From the NCBI GenBank assembly GCA_938036875.1, contig CALHVX010000068.1, positions 17,952-81,951 of the forward strand: a stretch of 64,000 nt of DNA, written 5' to 3'. This document shows positions 28,727-38,831 of the stretch, in pieces. The position numbers and the translations under genes are program-made. Below the pieces are notes generated by a model. That model searched no databases, was not told the DNA's origin, and worked only from the letters and a program-made list of their open reading frames with translations. The stretch comes from an uncultured Pseudomonadales bacterium (GTDB lineage: Bacteria; Pseudomonadota; Gammaproteobacteria; Pseudomonadales; Azotimanducaceae). Position 1 is the stretch's first letter, and each line of letters opens with the position of its first letter.

Positions 28727-29655
28727 CAGGAATCTTCCTGAAATTCTCGCAAGATAGCGGCCGCACCTTGGTCCAGCAATTGCTCCGCCACCCGCTGCCC
28801 CAACACCAGCGGCTCGCTGCCACTGGCTTCCACTTTAAGAATTTGTGTTCCGTCGAGACTGGCCACCACACCGGTTAGCGCCAACGCTGAACCCGAGGCA
28901 TCCCAGTGTGCGTAGCCACCAAGGGGCGTAGAGCAACTCGCACCTAGCGCTGCACTTAACGCACGCTCCGCAGCCACCGCTTGCGCAATGCTCGGATCGT
29001 TAAGCGGCGCCAGCAGCGCCAGGGTATCTGTATCGGCGCTCAGGCATTCAATGCCCAGCGCACCTTGGCCAACCGCGGGCACACTCCAACTCGTGGGCAG
29101 GGTTTGCGTGATTCTTTGCCCAAGACCCAAGCGGGTCAAACCGGTGCTGGCCAAAATGAGTGCATCGTAATCCCCCGCATCCAACTTAGCTAAGCGCGTA
29201 CCCAAATTGCCGCGTACCGGCGCAAGCTCAAGGTCAGGACGCTGGGACCGGATAAGCGCTTGGCGACGCAGGCTGGAAGAGCCAACCTTGCTACCTTTTG
29301 GTAGGTCCGCGAAGCCTAAACCGCTTGGGCTCACCAACGCATCTCGAACATCATCGCGGTAACCCACGGCAGCCAAGGCAAAGCCCGTTGGCAGCACTGC
29401 GGGCAAGTCTTTCATCGAGTGCACGGCAAGCTGGGCCCGACCATCCAGCATGGCGTGCTCCAACTCTTTGATGAACAACCCTTTGCCACCCACCTCAGAG
29501 AGCGGGGAGCTCAACCAGCGGTCGCCTGCCGTGCTCATGGGTGCGAGCACAACCTGCAACTGTGGGTGTGCTAAACGAAGCTGGTCTGCAATAAAGTTGG
29601 CTTGCCACAACGCAAGCGGGCTTTCTCGAGTAGCAATAGTGAGTTGGCTATGCAC
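28726..29655 (-). CDS. hemC: hydroxymethylbilane synthase (porphobilinogen deaminase)
   Basis: IATRESPLALWQA, GGKGLFIKELE, RGNLGTRLAKLD. Confidence 0.93.
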   Translation of the reverse strand: MHSQLTIATRESPLALWQANFIADQLRLAHPQLQVVLAPMSTAGDRWLSSPLSEVGGKGLFIKELEHAMLDGRAQLAVHSMKDLPAVLPTGFALAAVGYRDDVRDALVSPSGLGFADLPKGSKVGSSSLRRQALIRSQRPDLELAPVRGNLGTRLAKLDAGDYDALILASTGLTRLGLGQRITQTLPTSWSVPAVGQGALGIECLSADTDTLALLAPLNDPSIAQAVAAERALSAALGASCSTPLGGYAHWDASGSALALTGVVASLDGTQILKVEASGSEPLVLGQRVAEQLLDQGAAAILREFQEDS

Positions 29656-29669
29656 GATATGAATTTAAC

Positions 29670-30401
29670 CTACAGGTTTTTAACAAATTTACGCACGGCA
29701 GCAACATGGCGCCGGCTCACATCTAAAGCAACGTCCACATCACGCAAACGAATTTGAAAATGGCCATCAGCGGTTTTATCCAGGCCGATCACATGGGCAG
29801 CAGCCACCAACGCATTGCGGTGTACGCGCACAAATCGGTCGCTAAACTCATCTTCTAACTCGCGCAAGGTATCGTCCACAATAGTTTCGTTGTTGCCATG
29901 GCGTACAGTTACGTACTTTTGGTCTGCCTGAAAGAAGGCAATTTGATCAATGGGGATAAGCTCCACACCGCGACGGGTGCGCGCAGAAATATGGGTGCGA
30001 CGCGGCGTATCATCTTCAGACAAGGCGACCAGCTGCGCTTTGTTTACGCGCTGAGACTTACCCAAAGCATCCGCAAGCTTTTCTTTGCGCACTGGCTTCA
30101 GCAGGTAACCTACAGCCTGCAGATCAAACGCCTCAAGCGCATGCTCTTCATACGCGGTGCAAAAAATGACGGCCGGTGGCTCTTCAAAGCCAGCCAAGTG
30201 TTGGGCGGCTTCTAAGCCATCCATACCCGGCATACGAATATCCATCAACACCAGCTCAGGTTGCAGCTCAGCAGCCAGCTTCACCGCTTGCAAGCCGTTG
30301 GCCGCTTCTCCTATGACAGATACCCCGTCCAGCGTCGCAAGCATGCGCGACAGCCGATCTCGAGCTAGATGTTCATCGTCGACGATGAGAACTTTCATCA
30401 A
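29670..30401 (-). CDS. algR: LytTR-family two-component response regulator
   Basis: REC domain (VLIVDDE...DIRMPGMDG) plus a LytTR DNA-binding domain. algZ-algR-hemC synteny as in Pseudomonas. Confidence 0.8.
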   Translation of the reverse strand: MMKVLIVDDEHLARDRLSRMLATLDGVSVIGEAANGLQAVKLAAELQPELVLMDIRMPGMDGLEAAQHLAGFEEPPAVIFCTAYEEHALEAFDLQAVGYLLKPVRKEKLADALGKSQRVNKAQLVALSEDDTPRRTHISARTRRGVELIPIDQIAFFQADQKYVTVRHGNNETIVDDTLRELEDEFSDRFVRVHRNALVAAAHVIGLDKTADGHFQIRLRDVDVALDVSRRHVAAVRKFVKNL

Positions 30402-30408
30402 ATATTCC

Positions 30409-31518
30409 TCATGCTAGCGTGGCCGTACTGTCACCAGCGGCAAGTGGGTAACGTAAGCGTGTGACAAACCGGCCCTCCTCCACACTGTTGGTTAACTCCG
30501 CCTGGGCTCCATACAACACCTGCAGCCGACTGCGAATATTGGTTAAGGCCATTCGATTGCCTTGGCTCTCGCCGGACCCTGCTGCAGATTCAGGAGGTAG
30601 CGGGTTATCAATGCGAACCTGCACCTGAGCATCGTCAATTTTTAGATGCACATTAATGGTGCCACCCTCAGGTATGGGTTGGATGCCATGGTAGATTGCA
30701 TTTTCTAACAGCGGTTGCAAAGTCAGCAACGGAATTTTTACAGATTGTAGCCCTTCTGATTCCGGCAGGGTCGCAATGTCCCACTGTGTCTGCAACCTGT
30801 CACCTAAGCGCAGAGACTCAATTCGCACATATCGCTGGCACAGGTCCAGCTCATCCGCTAACGGCACCTGATTACCGGCATCGTTCAAACTAGCGCGAAA
30901 CAGCTCAGATAGGTCCTCAACCACGGTTTCAGCCGTGTCTGGCTGGGTAGCGATCAGGCTGGCGATGATATTCATGCTATTAAAGAGGAAGTGAGGGCGA
31001 ATTCGGGACTGCAGCGCCTGAATCCGAGACTGCAGCTCCGATTGCTCTTGCTCACGCAGCTGCACCTGAACGTAAAAGTAACGCAGCGCTAAACCCGCAA
31101 TGATCGCAGCAATAACCAACTGCCCGCCCACCTGATCCCACTGTATGCCGATATTGGGCGACAAAACGGACTGCGCAACCAATGCGACCGCTAAGGTGAC
31201 CAGCAAGACAATGACGTAAGCGACCACCGAGCCAGCAACCACAGAAAAACGCGCCAGCAAAGGTCGCGATGCACAGATAATGCCGGCGCTGAACAATCCA
31301 ACCCATTGCACAAAGAGTGAGGTTAGCGCTAAGCGGGTCCAGTCGAAGGGTCCGCCAGCAAACAGCAGTACAAGCGCCAATAGCTGGCCGACCAAGACCA
31401 ATAACGACAGCGCCGTGGCATTACACAACTCCGGGATCAGAAATTGGCTGGCAGAGGTGCTTGGCTCATCCGCCGCCGCTGAACGCGTGGGGGAATGAGT
31501 TGCCGGTTGTTTTGTCAA
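30409..31518 (-). CDS. algZ: LytS/YehU-type sensor histidine kinase (AlgZ/FimS-like)
   Basis: Multi-TM N-terminus, H-box [15 protein letters not shown], and N-box [12 protein letters not shown] 31518 is preferred because ATG 31569 would overlap the divergent argH start. Confidence 0.7.
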   Translation of the reverse strand: MTKQPATHSPTRSAAADEPSTSASQFLIPELCNATALSLLVLVGQLLALVLLFAGGPFDWTRLALTSLFVQWVGLFSAGIICASRPLLARFSVVAGSVVAYVIVLLVTLAVALVAQSVLSPNIGIQWDQVGGQLVIAAIIAGLALRYFYVQVQLREQEQSELQSRIQALQSRIRPHFLFNSMNIIASLIATQPDTAETVVEDLSELFRASLNDAGNQVPLADELDLCQRYVRIESLRLGDRLQTQWDIATLPESEGLQSVKIPLLTLQPLLENAIYHGIQPIPEGGTINVHLKIDDAQVQVRIDNPLPPESAAGSGESQGNRMALTNIRSRLQVLYGAQAELTNSVEEGRFVTRLRYPLAAGDSTATLA

Positions 31519-31560
31519 TTTGCTACCGCTATCCACTGGCCTAGGTATAATCCCGCCATA

Positions 31561-32976
31561 ATGGCACATGACACTACAGCAGACGATAAATCCGGTTCCG
31601 GTACCAGCAAACTCTGGGGTGGGCGCTTTAGCGAAGCCACCGACGAATTTGTTCAGGTCTTCACCGCCTCCGTAAACTTTGATCAGCGCTTAGCAAGCCA
31701 AGATATTCGTGGCTCGCTGGCGCACGCCGGTATGCTGCAAAGCGTCGGCGTCTTAAGCGAGGCGGACGCTAAAACCATCGCCGCAGGCTTAGAGCAGATT
31801 CAGCAAGAGATCAACGCAGGCGAGTTTCAGTGGCAAATTCCACTGGAAGACGTCCACATGAACATCGAAAGCCGCTTGATCGATGTGGTGGGCGAGGTTG
31901 GCAAGAAGCTACACACCGGCCGTTCTCGCAACGACCAGGTGGCTACGGACCTGCGATTGTTCCTGCGTGAGGCCATCGACAGCATCGACGCCCAGCAAGC
32001 GGCGCTGCAAAACGCCCTGCTGGAGCAGGCAGAACGCCATGCCGATGTGATCATGCCAGGCTTTACGCACCTACAGTCTGCACAACCGGTCACCTTTGGC
32101 CATCATTTGCTCGCTTGGTTTGAAATGCTGACACGTGATCGCGAACGTTTGGCGGATTGTCGTAAACGCGTCAACGTATTGCCTTTGGGTAGTGCCGCCT
32201 TAGCCGGCACTACCTTTCCTATCGACCGCGAGCATGTGGCCAACGCTCTAGGCTTCGATAGCATCACGGCCAACAGCCTAGACGGCGTGAGCGATCGTGA
32301 CTTCGCCATTGAGTTTTGCTCGGTGGCCGCCTTGACCATGAACCACTTCTCGCGCTGGTGCGAAGAGCTGGTGCTGTGGTCGTCACAACAATTCAACTTT
32401 GTTGATCTACCCGATCGCTTCTGCACCGGCTCTAGCATCATGCCGCAGAAGAAGAACCCGGATGTACCCGAATTGATTCGCGGTAAAACCGGCCGGGTTA
32501 CCGGTGATCTGATCAGCCTGCTCACCTTGATGAAAAGCCAACCGTTGGCCTACAACAAAGATAACCAAGAAGATAAAGAACCACTATTTGATGCGGTGGA
32601 TACACTAAGCGATTGTCTAACCGCGCTGGTAGGTCTCATTCCGGCGCTTAGCCCTAAGCTTGCCAACATGCGCGCAGCGGCAAGCAGTGGTTTTGCCACC
32701 GCAACCGATCTCGCCGACTACCTGGTCCGCCAGGGTGTCGCTTTTCGCGATGCACACCACATAGTGGGGCAGGCGGTTGCCTTAGCCTTAAACGAAGGCA
32801 AAGAGTTGCATGAGCTAGATCTCACCCAGCTGCAAAAGCTGTGCCAAGCGATTGGTGATGAGGTGTTTGACGTGCTGACCCTAGAAGGCTCAGTAAGCGC
32901 TCGTGCCCACGTGGGTGGCACCGCACCAGATACCGTCCGCGCAGCGGCAAAAGCAGGGCGTCTGCGCGTTCGCTAG
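31561..32976 (+). CDS. argH: argininosuccinate lyase
   Basis: [24 protein letters not shown], and the [12 protein letters not shown] signature. Confidence 0.93.
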   Translation: MAHDTTADDKSGSGTSKLWGGRFSEATDEFVQVFTASVNFDQRLASQDIRGSLAHAGMLQSVGVLSEADAKTIAAGLEQIQQEINAGEFQWQIPLEDVHMNIESRLIDVVGEVGKKLHTGRSRNDQVATDLRLFLREAIDSIDAQQAALQNALLEQAERHADVIMPGFTHLQSAQPVTFGHHLLAWFEMLTRDRERLADCRKRVNVLPLGSAALAGTTFPIDREHVANALGFDSITANSLDGVSDRDFAIEFCSVAALTMNHFSRWCEELVLWSSQQFNFVDLPDRFCTGSSIMPQKKNPDVPELIRGKTGRVTGDLISLLTLMKSQPLAYNKDNQEDKEPLFDAVDTLSDCLTALVGLIPALSPKLANMRAAASSGFATATDLADYLVRQGVAFRDAHHIVGQAVALALNEGKELHELDLTQLQKLCQAIGDEVFDVLTLEGSVSARAHVGGTAPDTVRAAAKAGRLRVR

Positions 32977-33066
32977 CACTGCTGCAGCCCGCGTGTATAC
33001 TGCGCGGCCGCGATTTTGGCGACAGATGCCTAGAACCATCCCCACAACCCTGGAGGTAAAGCTGTA

Positions 33067-33234
33067 ATGCGCTGGCTAGTGTTAACAACAATGGTACTTT
33101 TTGCCGCTACCTGCGGACAAAAGGGTCCACTTCGGCACCCTGAACCCAATGACGGCTTCGGCATTAAGCGGATGTCATTGGCTCAACAGGCATGCGCCGT
33201 TATCACTTCGCCAACCACCCATTGCAGCAACTAG
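33067..33234 (+). CDS. lptM: small lipoprotein, LptM (YifL)-like, 55 aa
   Basis: MRWLVLTTMVLFAATCGQKGPL: signal peptide plus the lipobox-Cys-G-x-KGPL signature of the family. Canonical position immediately upstream of lysA. Too short for the ORF track. Confidence 0.55.
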   Translation: MRWLVLTTMVLFAATCGQKGPLRHPEPNDGFGIKRMSLAQQACAVITSPTTHCSN

Positions 33235-33236
33235 CC

Positions 33237-34574
33237 ATGGGTGATTCAACCTCATTAGATCAGCCTAGCCAGCCCAAGCCAGGATCCGAGCTCAGCGCTC
33301 AGTTGCAGCGTTTGAACGATGAGCTGTACATGGAAGATGTGGCATTGGCTGAGGTTGCCGCCGCTACCGGCACACCAACCTTTGTTTACTCGCAAACGCA
33401 CCTGCACACCCAATACCAGCGTTTGTGTAACGCCCTGGATGGCTTAGATTTCCAAATCTGCTACGCCGTCAAAGCCAACAGCAACCTGAGCGTTCTGCAA
33501 TTGTTTGCGCACTGGGGGGCAGGCTTCGACATCGTCTCTGCTGGTGAGCTACAACGTGTGATCAGCGCTGGCGCGGATCCGGCCAAAGTCGTGTTCTCTG
33601 GGGTAGGCAAAAGCGTTAGCGAGATCGACTTTGCGCTGAAGCACCAGATCGGCTGCTTTAACGTCGAAAGTGCCAGCGAGCTAAACCGCCTACAGGCACG
33701 AGCGTCGCTACTCGGTTTGCGCGCACCTATCTCTATCCGCATGAACCCTAACGTGGACGCGGGCACCCACCCCTATATCTCAACCGGCCTGCGCGACAAC
33801 AAGTTTGGCGTGCCTAAGGCGCAAGCACTGCGCCTGTACGCGGCCGCCGCTCAAATGGATGCTGTGGATATCAAAGGCATCGATTGCCATATCGGCTCGC
33901 AGATTGCCGAGGTGGGCCCGCTCAACGAAGCCTTAGCCAGCTTGCTGGAAACCATTGACGAGCTAGGTGACCAAGGCATCACCCTTGAACACGTGGATGT
34001 TGGTGGTGGCATGGGCGTGACCTATTCCGATGAAACGGAATTTAACATCGAGGCTTACGGTGCATCGCTCAAGCAAGCGCTAGGACACCGTAAGCTCCAG
34101 CTCATGATGGAACCCGGCCGCTTTTTGGTTGCCAACGGCGGTGTGCTGCTAACCACCGTGGAATATTTAAAGCCCACCCCAGGTGGCGATACGGATGGCA
34201 GCAAGAACTTTGCGGTGGTGGATGCCGCCATGAACGATTTGCTGCGCCCGGCTCTATACCAAGCCTGGCACAGCATCGAGCCGGTGGGTGCAGCACCCGA
34301 TGCACCAACCAAGACTTGGGAAATCGTTGGCCCTATCTGCGAGTCCGGTGACTTCTTGGGCGCTCAACGCATTCTCGCCATCGCCGAGGGTGACCTGCTA
34401 GCGATACATTCCGCTGGTGCCTACGGCATGGCTCAGGCGTCGAACTACAACTCTCGGTCTCGAGCGGCTGAAGTTTTAGTGAGCGGCGACACCTATCGAA
34501 CCATTCGACAACGCGAAACCATCCGCGATCAGCTAGCATTGGAGCTGGACGGCTTAAGCAGCTTAATCGAGTAG
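33237..34574 (+). CDS. lysA: diaminopimelate decarboxylase
   Basis: YAVKANSN PLP-lysine region, HIGSQ, and EPGRFLVANGG. ATG 33237 is chosen so that it does not overlap lptM. Confidence 0.9.
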   Translation: MGDSTSLDQPSQPKPGSELSAQLQRLNDELYMEDVALAEVAAATGTPTFVYSQTHLHTQYQRLCNALDGLDFQICYAVKANSNLSVLQLFAHWGAGFDIVSAGELQRVISAGADPAKVVFSGVGKSVSEIDFALKHQIGCFNVESASELNRLQARASLLGLRAPISIRMNPNVDAGTHPYISTGLRDNKFGVPKAQALRLYAAAAQMDAVDIKGIDCHIGSQIAEVGPLNEALASLLETIDELGDQGITLEHVDVGGGMGVTYSDETEFNIEAYGASLKQALGHRKLQLMMEPGRFLVANGGVLLTTVEYLKPTPGGDTDGSKNFAVVDAAMNDLLRPALYQAWHSIEPVGAAPDAPTKTWEIVGPICESGDFLGAQRILAIAEGDLLAIHSAGAYGMAQASNYNSRSRAAEVLVSGDTYRTIRQRETIRDQLALELDGLSSLIE

Positions 34575-34581
34575 GGCTAAG

Positions 34582-35379
34582 ATGAAGCTAGAATTCACCA
34601 AAATGCACGGGTTGGGCAATGACTTCTTGGTTCTCGACCTAGTCACGCAAACCGCAGAGCTCACGCCAGCGTTGGTCCAGCAGTGGAGCAACCGCAATAC
34701 TGGCGTGGGCTTTGATCAGTTGCTAACCCTAGAGCCACCAACGGTGCCAGATGCGGATTTTTGGTGGGGCATTTACAACGCGGATGGCACCCACGCAGAG
34801 CAATGCGGTAACGGTGCGCGCTGCATGGCCAAATTTATCGCTGAGCAAAAGCTGTCACCCAAGCCCAGCATACGGCTGCAAACCCCCAAAGGTATCATCG
34901 AGACACAGTTAGACAGTGTTGATATGGTCACCGTTAACATGGGTCAGCCGCAACCAGAAGCTGAGCAGATCACCATCACCACCAGCACCGGTGACGTGCA
35001 GTTGCTGCGCGTGTCCATGGGCAACCCCCATGCGGTGATCTTCGTGGACAACATTCACCACGCGCCGGTTGCCACCTTAGGTGCCGAGCTAACCGGTCAC
35101 AGCGAGTTTCCCGAAGGGGCAAACATTGGCTTCTGCCAGGTCATTGACCGGGGTTTTGTGCGTCTGCGCGTATTTGAACGTGGGGTTGGTGAAACCCAGG
35201 CTTGTGGCAGTGGCGCTTGTGCCGCGGCTACCGCTGGCCAAGTGTTGGGCCATCTAGGCCAACGCGTTAAGGTCTCGTTGCCAGGCGGCAAGCTGAAGAT
35301 CGCATGGCCTGGCCCGGGCCAAGATCTGCTGATGACCGGGCCCGCCACCACCGTGTATTCCGGTACAATCGACGCCTAA
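34582..35379 (+). CDS. dapF: diaminopimelate epimerase
   Basis: FTKMHGLGNDF, catalytic NADGTHAEQCGNGARC, and ETQACGSGACA. Confidence 0.92.
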   Translation: MKLEFTKMHGLGNDFLVLDLVTQTAELTPALVQQWSNRNTGVGFDQLLTLEPPTVPDADFWWGIYNADGTHAEQCGNGARCMAKFIAEQKLSPKPSIRLQTPKGIIETQLDSVDMVTVNMGQPQPEAEQITITTSTGDVQLLRVSMGNPHAVIFVDNIHHAPVATLGAELTGHSEFPEGANIGFCQVIDRGFVRLRVFERGVGETQACGSGACAAATAGQVLGHLGQRVKVSLPGGKLKIAWPGPGQDLLMTGPATTVYSGTIDA

Positions 35380-35414
35380 CGCCGACTACACAAAAATGGG
35401 CGAATGAAACCGCT

Positions 35415-36131
35415 ATGACCGATTCCAGCAAGTTCCCAGATAAGTTGCGCAGCACCCTGCCAACCGAAGCTGAGGTGTCCGCTTTTCTAGCTCAAGACCC
35501 AGACTTTTTCCAACGCCACCAACGTTTGCTGAGCAGCCTAAACCTGCCCCATGAAGCAGGCCCTGCGGTTTCATTGATCGAACGTCAAGTTGCCGTGCTG
35601 CGAGATCGCAACGTGGAGATGCGCCGCCAGGTCAACGAGTTGATGGGTAACGCCCAAGCTAACGATGCCTTGTTTGCCAAGGTCCGCTCGCTCACGCTGT
35701 CTATGTTAGATGTCTCAGATTGGTTAGAGCTCAACGAGATCTATGCCACCTATCTGTTGGTCGACTTCAAAGCCGATTTTGTCTGCAGCCATGTCTTGCA
35801 AGGTCCGCGACATCAGCCCGGACGCTTTGACCACATTGTTGGGCACAAGGACACCTTGCCCCAGCAACGCCTGGTGCCCGGCGAAGACCCGGTGTGCACG
35901 CCACTACGAATCAAAGAGCTGCGCGATATTTTTCCGGCGGAACGCTTCAACGCCGACAACGAGCTGGCCGCAGTTGGCAGTGCCGTCCTTATCCCGTTGA
36001 ACGTCCACCCTGGTGGTTACCTCGCCATTGGCAGTCGGGATGTAAATCGGTTTACCTCAGACATGGATACCCTCTTTGTCGAATACATCAGCGATCTCGT
36101 CAGCCATATTACGGCGCGGTTGCTGCAATAA
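35415..36131 (+). CDS. DUF484 (YigA) family protein
   Basis: V..FL...PDFF N-terminus, LIERQVAVLRDRN, position after dapF. ATG 35415. Confidence 0.7.
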   Translation: MTDSSKFPDKLRSTLPTEAEVSAFLAQDPDFFQRHQRLLSSLNLPHEAGPAVSLIERQVAVLRDRNVEMRRQVNELMGNAQANDALFAKVRSLTLSMLDVSDWLELNEIYATYLLVDFKADFVCSHVLQGPRHQPGRFDHIVGHKDTLPQQRLVPGEDPVCTPLRIKELRDIFPAERFNADNELAAVGSAVLIPLNVHPGGYLAIGSRDVNRFTSDMDTLFVEYISDLVSHITARLLQ

Positions 36132-36172
36132 CGTCATTCGACACGCTTAAATCAACACTAGTGGAACCTGCA

Positions 36173-36889
36173 ATGGCTGAGATCGCGCTAGTCACTTTCG
36201 ATTTAGACAACACCTTGTGGGCAGTAGAGCCCGTGATCGTTCGCGCCGAACGCATCATGCGCGACTACCTGGGGCAAGTAGCACCCAAGTTCAACGAGAT
36301 GTTTGACTCCCAGCAGATGTGGCAACTGCGCACCGAGGTGGTGAGCGCCAACCCAAGCATCCAACACGACTTGTCAGCAACCCGTGAACTGGTGCTCAGA
36401 CGCGCGTTAAGCCTAAGCGGCTACGATCAAACCAGCGCCAAAGCGCATGCCGCGGAAGCCTTCCGCCGTTTTTTGAAGGCTCGCCATGACGTGGAGCTGT
36501 TTGATGGAGCGCAACAAGTGCTGGCCGAGCTAAGCCAACAATACCCTCTAGCCGTTTTGACCAACGGCAATGCCGACGTCCGCCGCTTAGACATTGGCGA
36601 GCACTTCAGCCACTTCCACTCATCGGCAAGCGCCAACGCCAGCAAACCCGACGCGCAAATTTTTCATGCCGCGCTAGACGGTGCTGGGGTCAACCCGAAC
36701 CAAACGGTGCACATCGGTGATAACTGGGTTGATGACATACAAGGGGCTGCAGCCGTTGGCATGCATACCATCTGGGTAAACTTTAGCGGTGAACCTGCGC
36801 CTCGAGCTGACGCTCAAGCACATGCGCCTAGCGCTACGGTGCGCAACTTGCTAGATATCCCGGCAGCCTTAGCTGCGCTCCAAACCTAA
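36173..36889 (+). CDS. HAD-superfamily hydrolase (YigB-like)
   Basis: VTFDLDNTLW motif I, LTNGN, KPD, and IGDNWVDDI motif IV. ATG 36173. The upstream 93 codons of the track ORF overlap DUF484. Confidence 0.7.
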   Translation: MAEIALVTFDLDNTLWAVEPVIVRAERIMRDYLGQVAPKFNEMFDSQQMWQLRTEVVSANPSIQHDLSATRELVLRRALSLSGYDQTSAKAHAAEAFRRFLKARHDVELFDGAQQVLAELSQQYPLAVLTNGNADVRRLDIGEHFSHFHSSASANASKPDAQIFHAALDGAGVNPNQTVHIGDNWVDDIQGAAAVGMHTIWVNFSGEPAPRADAQAHAPSATVRNLLDIPAALAALQT

Positions 36890-36907
36890 CTTAGCAAGCT
36901 AGAAGAA

Positions 36908-38287
36908 CTAGCTAGACCCGTGCTCACGCACGTAGGCTTTTAACACCTCAAGGTCCGGTTCAATCTGCTCAACCCTAGGCGGCAACCCACGCAAAGCTTC
37001 AAGCCTTGGATGCGTCACGCTTTGGCCATCTAAAGCCTGGGCAACCGCTTCCGGGAACTTGGCCGGGTGCGCGGTGGCAATACAGACCAACTGCTCATCA
37101 TTCCCTATCTGGGCTTGCAGTTGCTTGGCAGCCGCCAACCCTACTGCGGTGTGTGGATCCGCCACGTAACCAAATTCGGCATGGGCAGCACGAATGGCTT
37201 CGAGGGTTTGGGCTTCGTTGATTGCGGTGGCGCCAAAATCTTCTGCGCTGGGCAACTGCTCAACACGGGCTTTGCCCGTGCTCGCAAAGTCCGCCATAAA
37301 GGCGTTTAGCCGCTCACTGTCTTGGTCTAGGTGGTAGTACAAGAAGCGCTCGAAATTGCTGGCTACTTGAATGTCCATCGCCGGGGTTACTGTGTAACGC
37401 ACCGGTCCCCTAGAGTATTCTCCCGTGTTGAAGAAGCGCGCGAGGATGTCGTTTTCGTTGGTTGCCAACAGCAAACGGGCGATCGGAAAGCCCATGCGTT
37501 TGGCCAGATAGCCTGCAAAGATGTTACCGAAGTTACCCGTGGGGACACTGAAGCTTACCGGCTTAGCAAAGTGCAAGCTGGCATAAGCGTAGTAGACCAC
37601 TTGAGCCAGAACGCGGGCCCAGTTCACCGAGTTGACCGCCCCTAGGTGATAACGGTCTTTGAACGCTAAGTCGGCAAACAAGGTCTTCATCAAATTTTGG
37701 CAATCGTCAAAACTGCCGTTCACGCTTAAGCAGTGCACGTTGGCATCGGGGATTGAGGTCATCTGCAACTCTTGCAGCGGGCTCACCCGACCCGTGGGGA
37801 ACATGATAAATATATCCACGTTGCCCTGCCCACGCACACCGGCAATGGCGGCGCTACCGGTGTCACCACTGGTAGCACCCACAATGTTCAGGCGTTGGTC
37901 CCGCGCGCCCAAAATATGTTCAAAGAGTTTACCCAGCAACTGGAGCGCAACATCTTTGAATGCCAGCGTAGGACCATGAAACAGCTCCAACACCTGGACG
38001 TTGCCAAGCTCGGTGAAAGCGACGGTTTCGTCTATATCAAAGCTAGCGTATGCCTCATCCACTAAGCGAGCGATAACGGCTGGCTCGATGTCGTCGGCAA
38101 ATAGGGTCAGCACCTGCTTGGCCAGCTCAACAAAACTAAGCGAACGCCAGCTGTCTAGCTGCGCACTAACATTGGGGATCCGATCGGGCAGCAACAGGCC
38201 GCCATCCGGCGCCAGACCGGTGAGCACTGCATCTTGAAACGAAAGTGGAGGCGTCGCGCCTCTAGTACTGAGATATTTCATGGGCAC
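36908..38287 (-). CDS. thrC: threonine synthase (long form)
   Basis: YLSTRG N-terminus, PTLAFKD PLP-lysine motif, ATSGDTGSAA. Confidence 0.9.
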   Translation of the reverse strand: MPMKYLSTRGATPPLSFQDAVLTGLAPDGGLLLPDRIPNVSAQLDSWRSLSFVELAKQVLTLFADDIEPAVIARLVDEAYASFDIDETVAFTELGNVQVLELFHGPTLAFKDVALQLLGKLFEHILGARDQRLNIVGATSGDTGSAAIAGVRGQGNVDIFIMFPTGRVSPLQELQMTSIPDANVHCLSVNGSFDDCQNLMKTLFADLAFKDRYHLGAVNSVNWARVLAQVVYYAYASLHFAKPVSFSVPTGNFGNIFAGYLAKRMGFPIARLLLATNENDILARFFNTGEYSRGPVRYTVTPAMDIQVASNFERFLYYHLDQDSERLNAFMADFASTGKARVEQLPSAEDFGATAINEAQTLEAIRAAHAEFGYVADPHTAVGLAAAKQLQAQIGNDEQLVCIATAHPAKFPEAVAQALDGQSVTHPRLEALRGLPPRVEQIEPDLEVLKAYVREHGSS

Positions 38288-38391
38288 GAACTATACAGCC
38301 TATGCCCACGCTTTTTGATAGAGGATTTACTGCTAAGCAATTCCGATGGAGCGCTGCGGCTCCTTGCCGCCGCCTCTTAGTGCGGGGCAGC

Positions 38392-38652
38392 CTAAATTGA
38401 GCCACGCCCGTAGTTATTTTCGGGCTTTTTGGGCGGGTCTGCACGAAAGTCTTTGGGCACCGCTTTGATCTCGCCGCCTTTTTGCAAAAATCGCTCGACG
38501 TCATCCGCTAGGCTGCGCCGTTCTGGCTCGCGCGCACTGATGCTGTGCTCAGCATCCGGGCCGGTGACATCTGGCGTTAAGTTGGTCATTGAGCCACCGC
38601 CAGATAGGTTATCCGCAGTGCTCTCGTTTGCTGCTTGTTCTTCTTGGTCCAC
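38392..38652 (-). CDS. small acidic protein, possibly SutA-like RNAP-associated regulator
   Basis: 86 aa with an acidic N-terminus and a C-terminal FLQKGGEIKAVPKDFRADPPKKPENNYG. This resembles my recollection of the SutA C-terminal region. Not verified. Confidence 0.4.
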   Translation of the reverse strand: MDQEEQAANESTADNLSGGGSMTNLTPDVTGPDAEHSISAREPERRSLADDVERFLQKGGEIKAVPKDFRADPPKKPENNYGRGSI

Positions 38653-38831
38653 GCTGCCTCTCCACTAAACGTCTATTTAAACTAGAAGGTTCGGCAGTAG
38701 TTATAGTTCAGTCTGAGCAGTCCGCCAGTTTTCACCACAAAAAAGACCGAACTCGGGGCATTCGCAGAGCAATTGCCTCGCTCTAAAGAAACCAAGGCAC
38801 CAATAGGTTGATAGGTTGACCAATAGTGCGG

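Noticed and set aside
35894-36172. 93-codon N-terminal extension of the HAD hydrolase ORF; similarly 35304-35414 for DUF484, 31495-31560 for argH, 21969-22013 for trxA, and 41286-41363 for glnK
   Set aside because: These extensions overlap well-supported upstream genes or lack homology. Internal starts with better RBS or N-terminal alignment exist.
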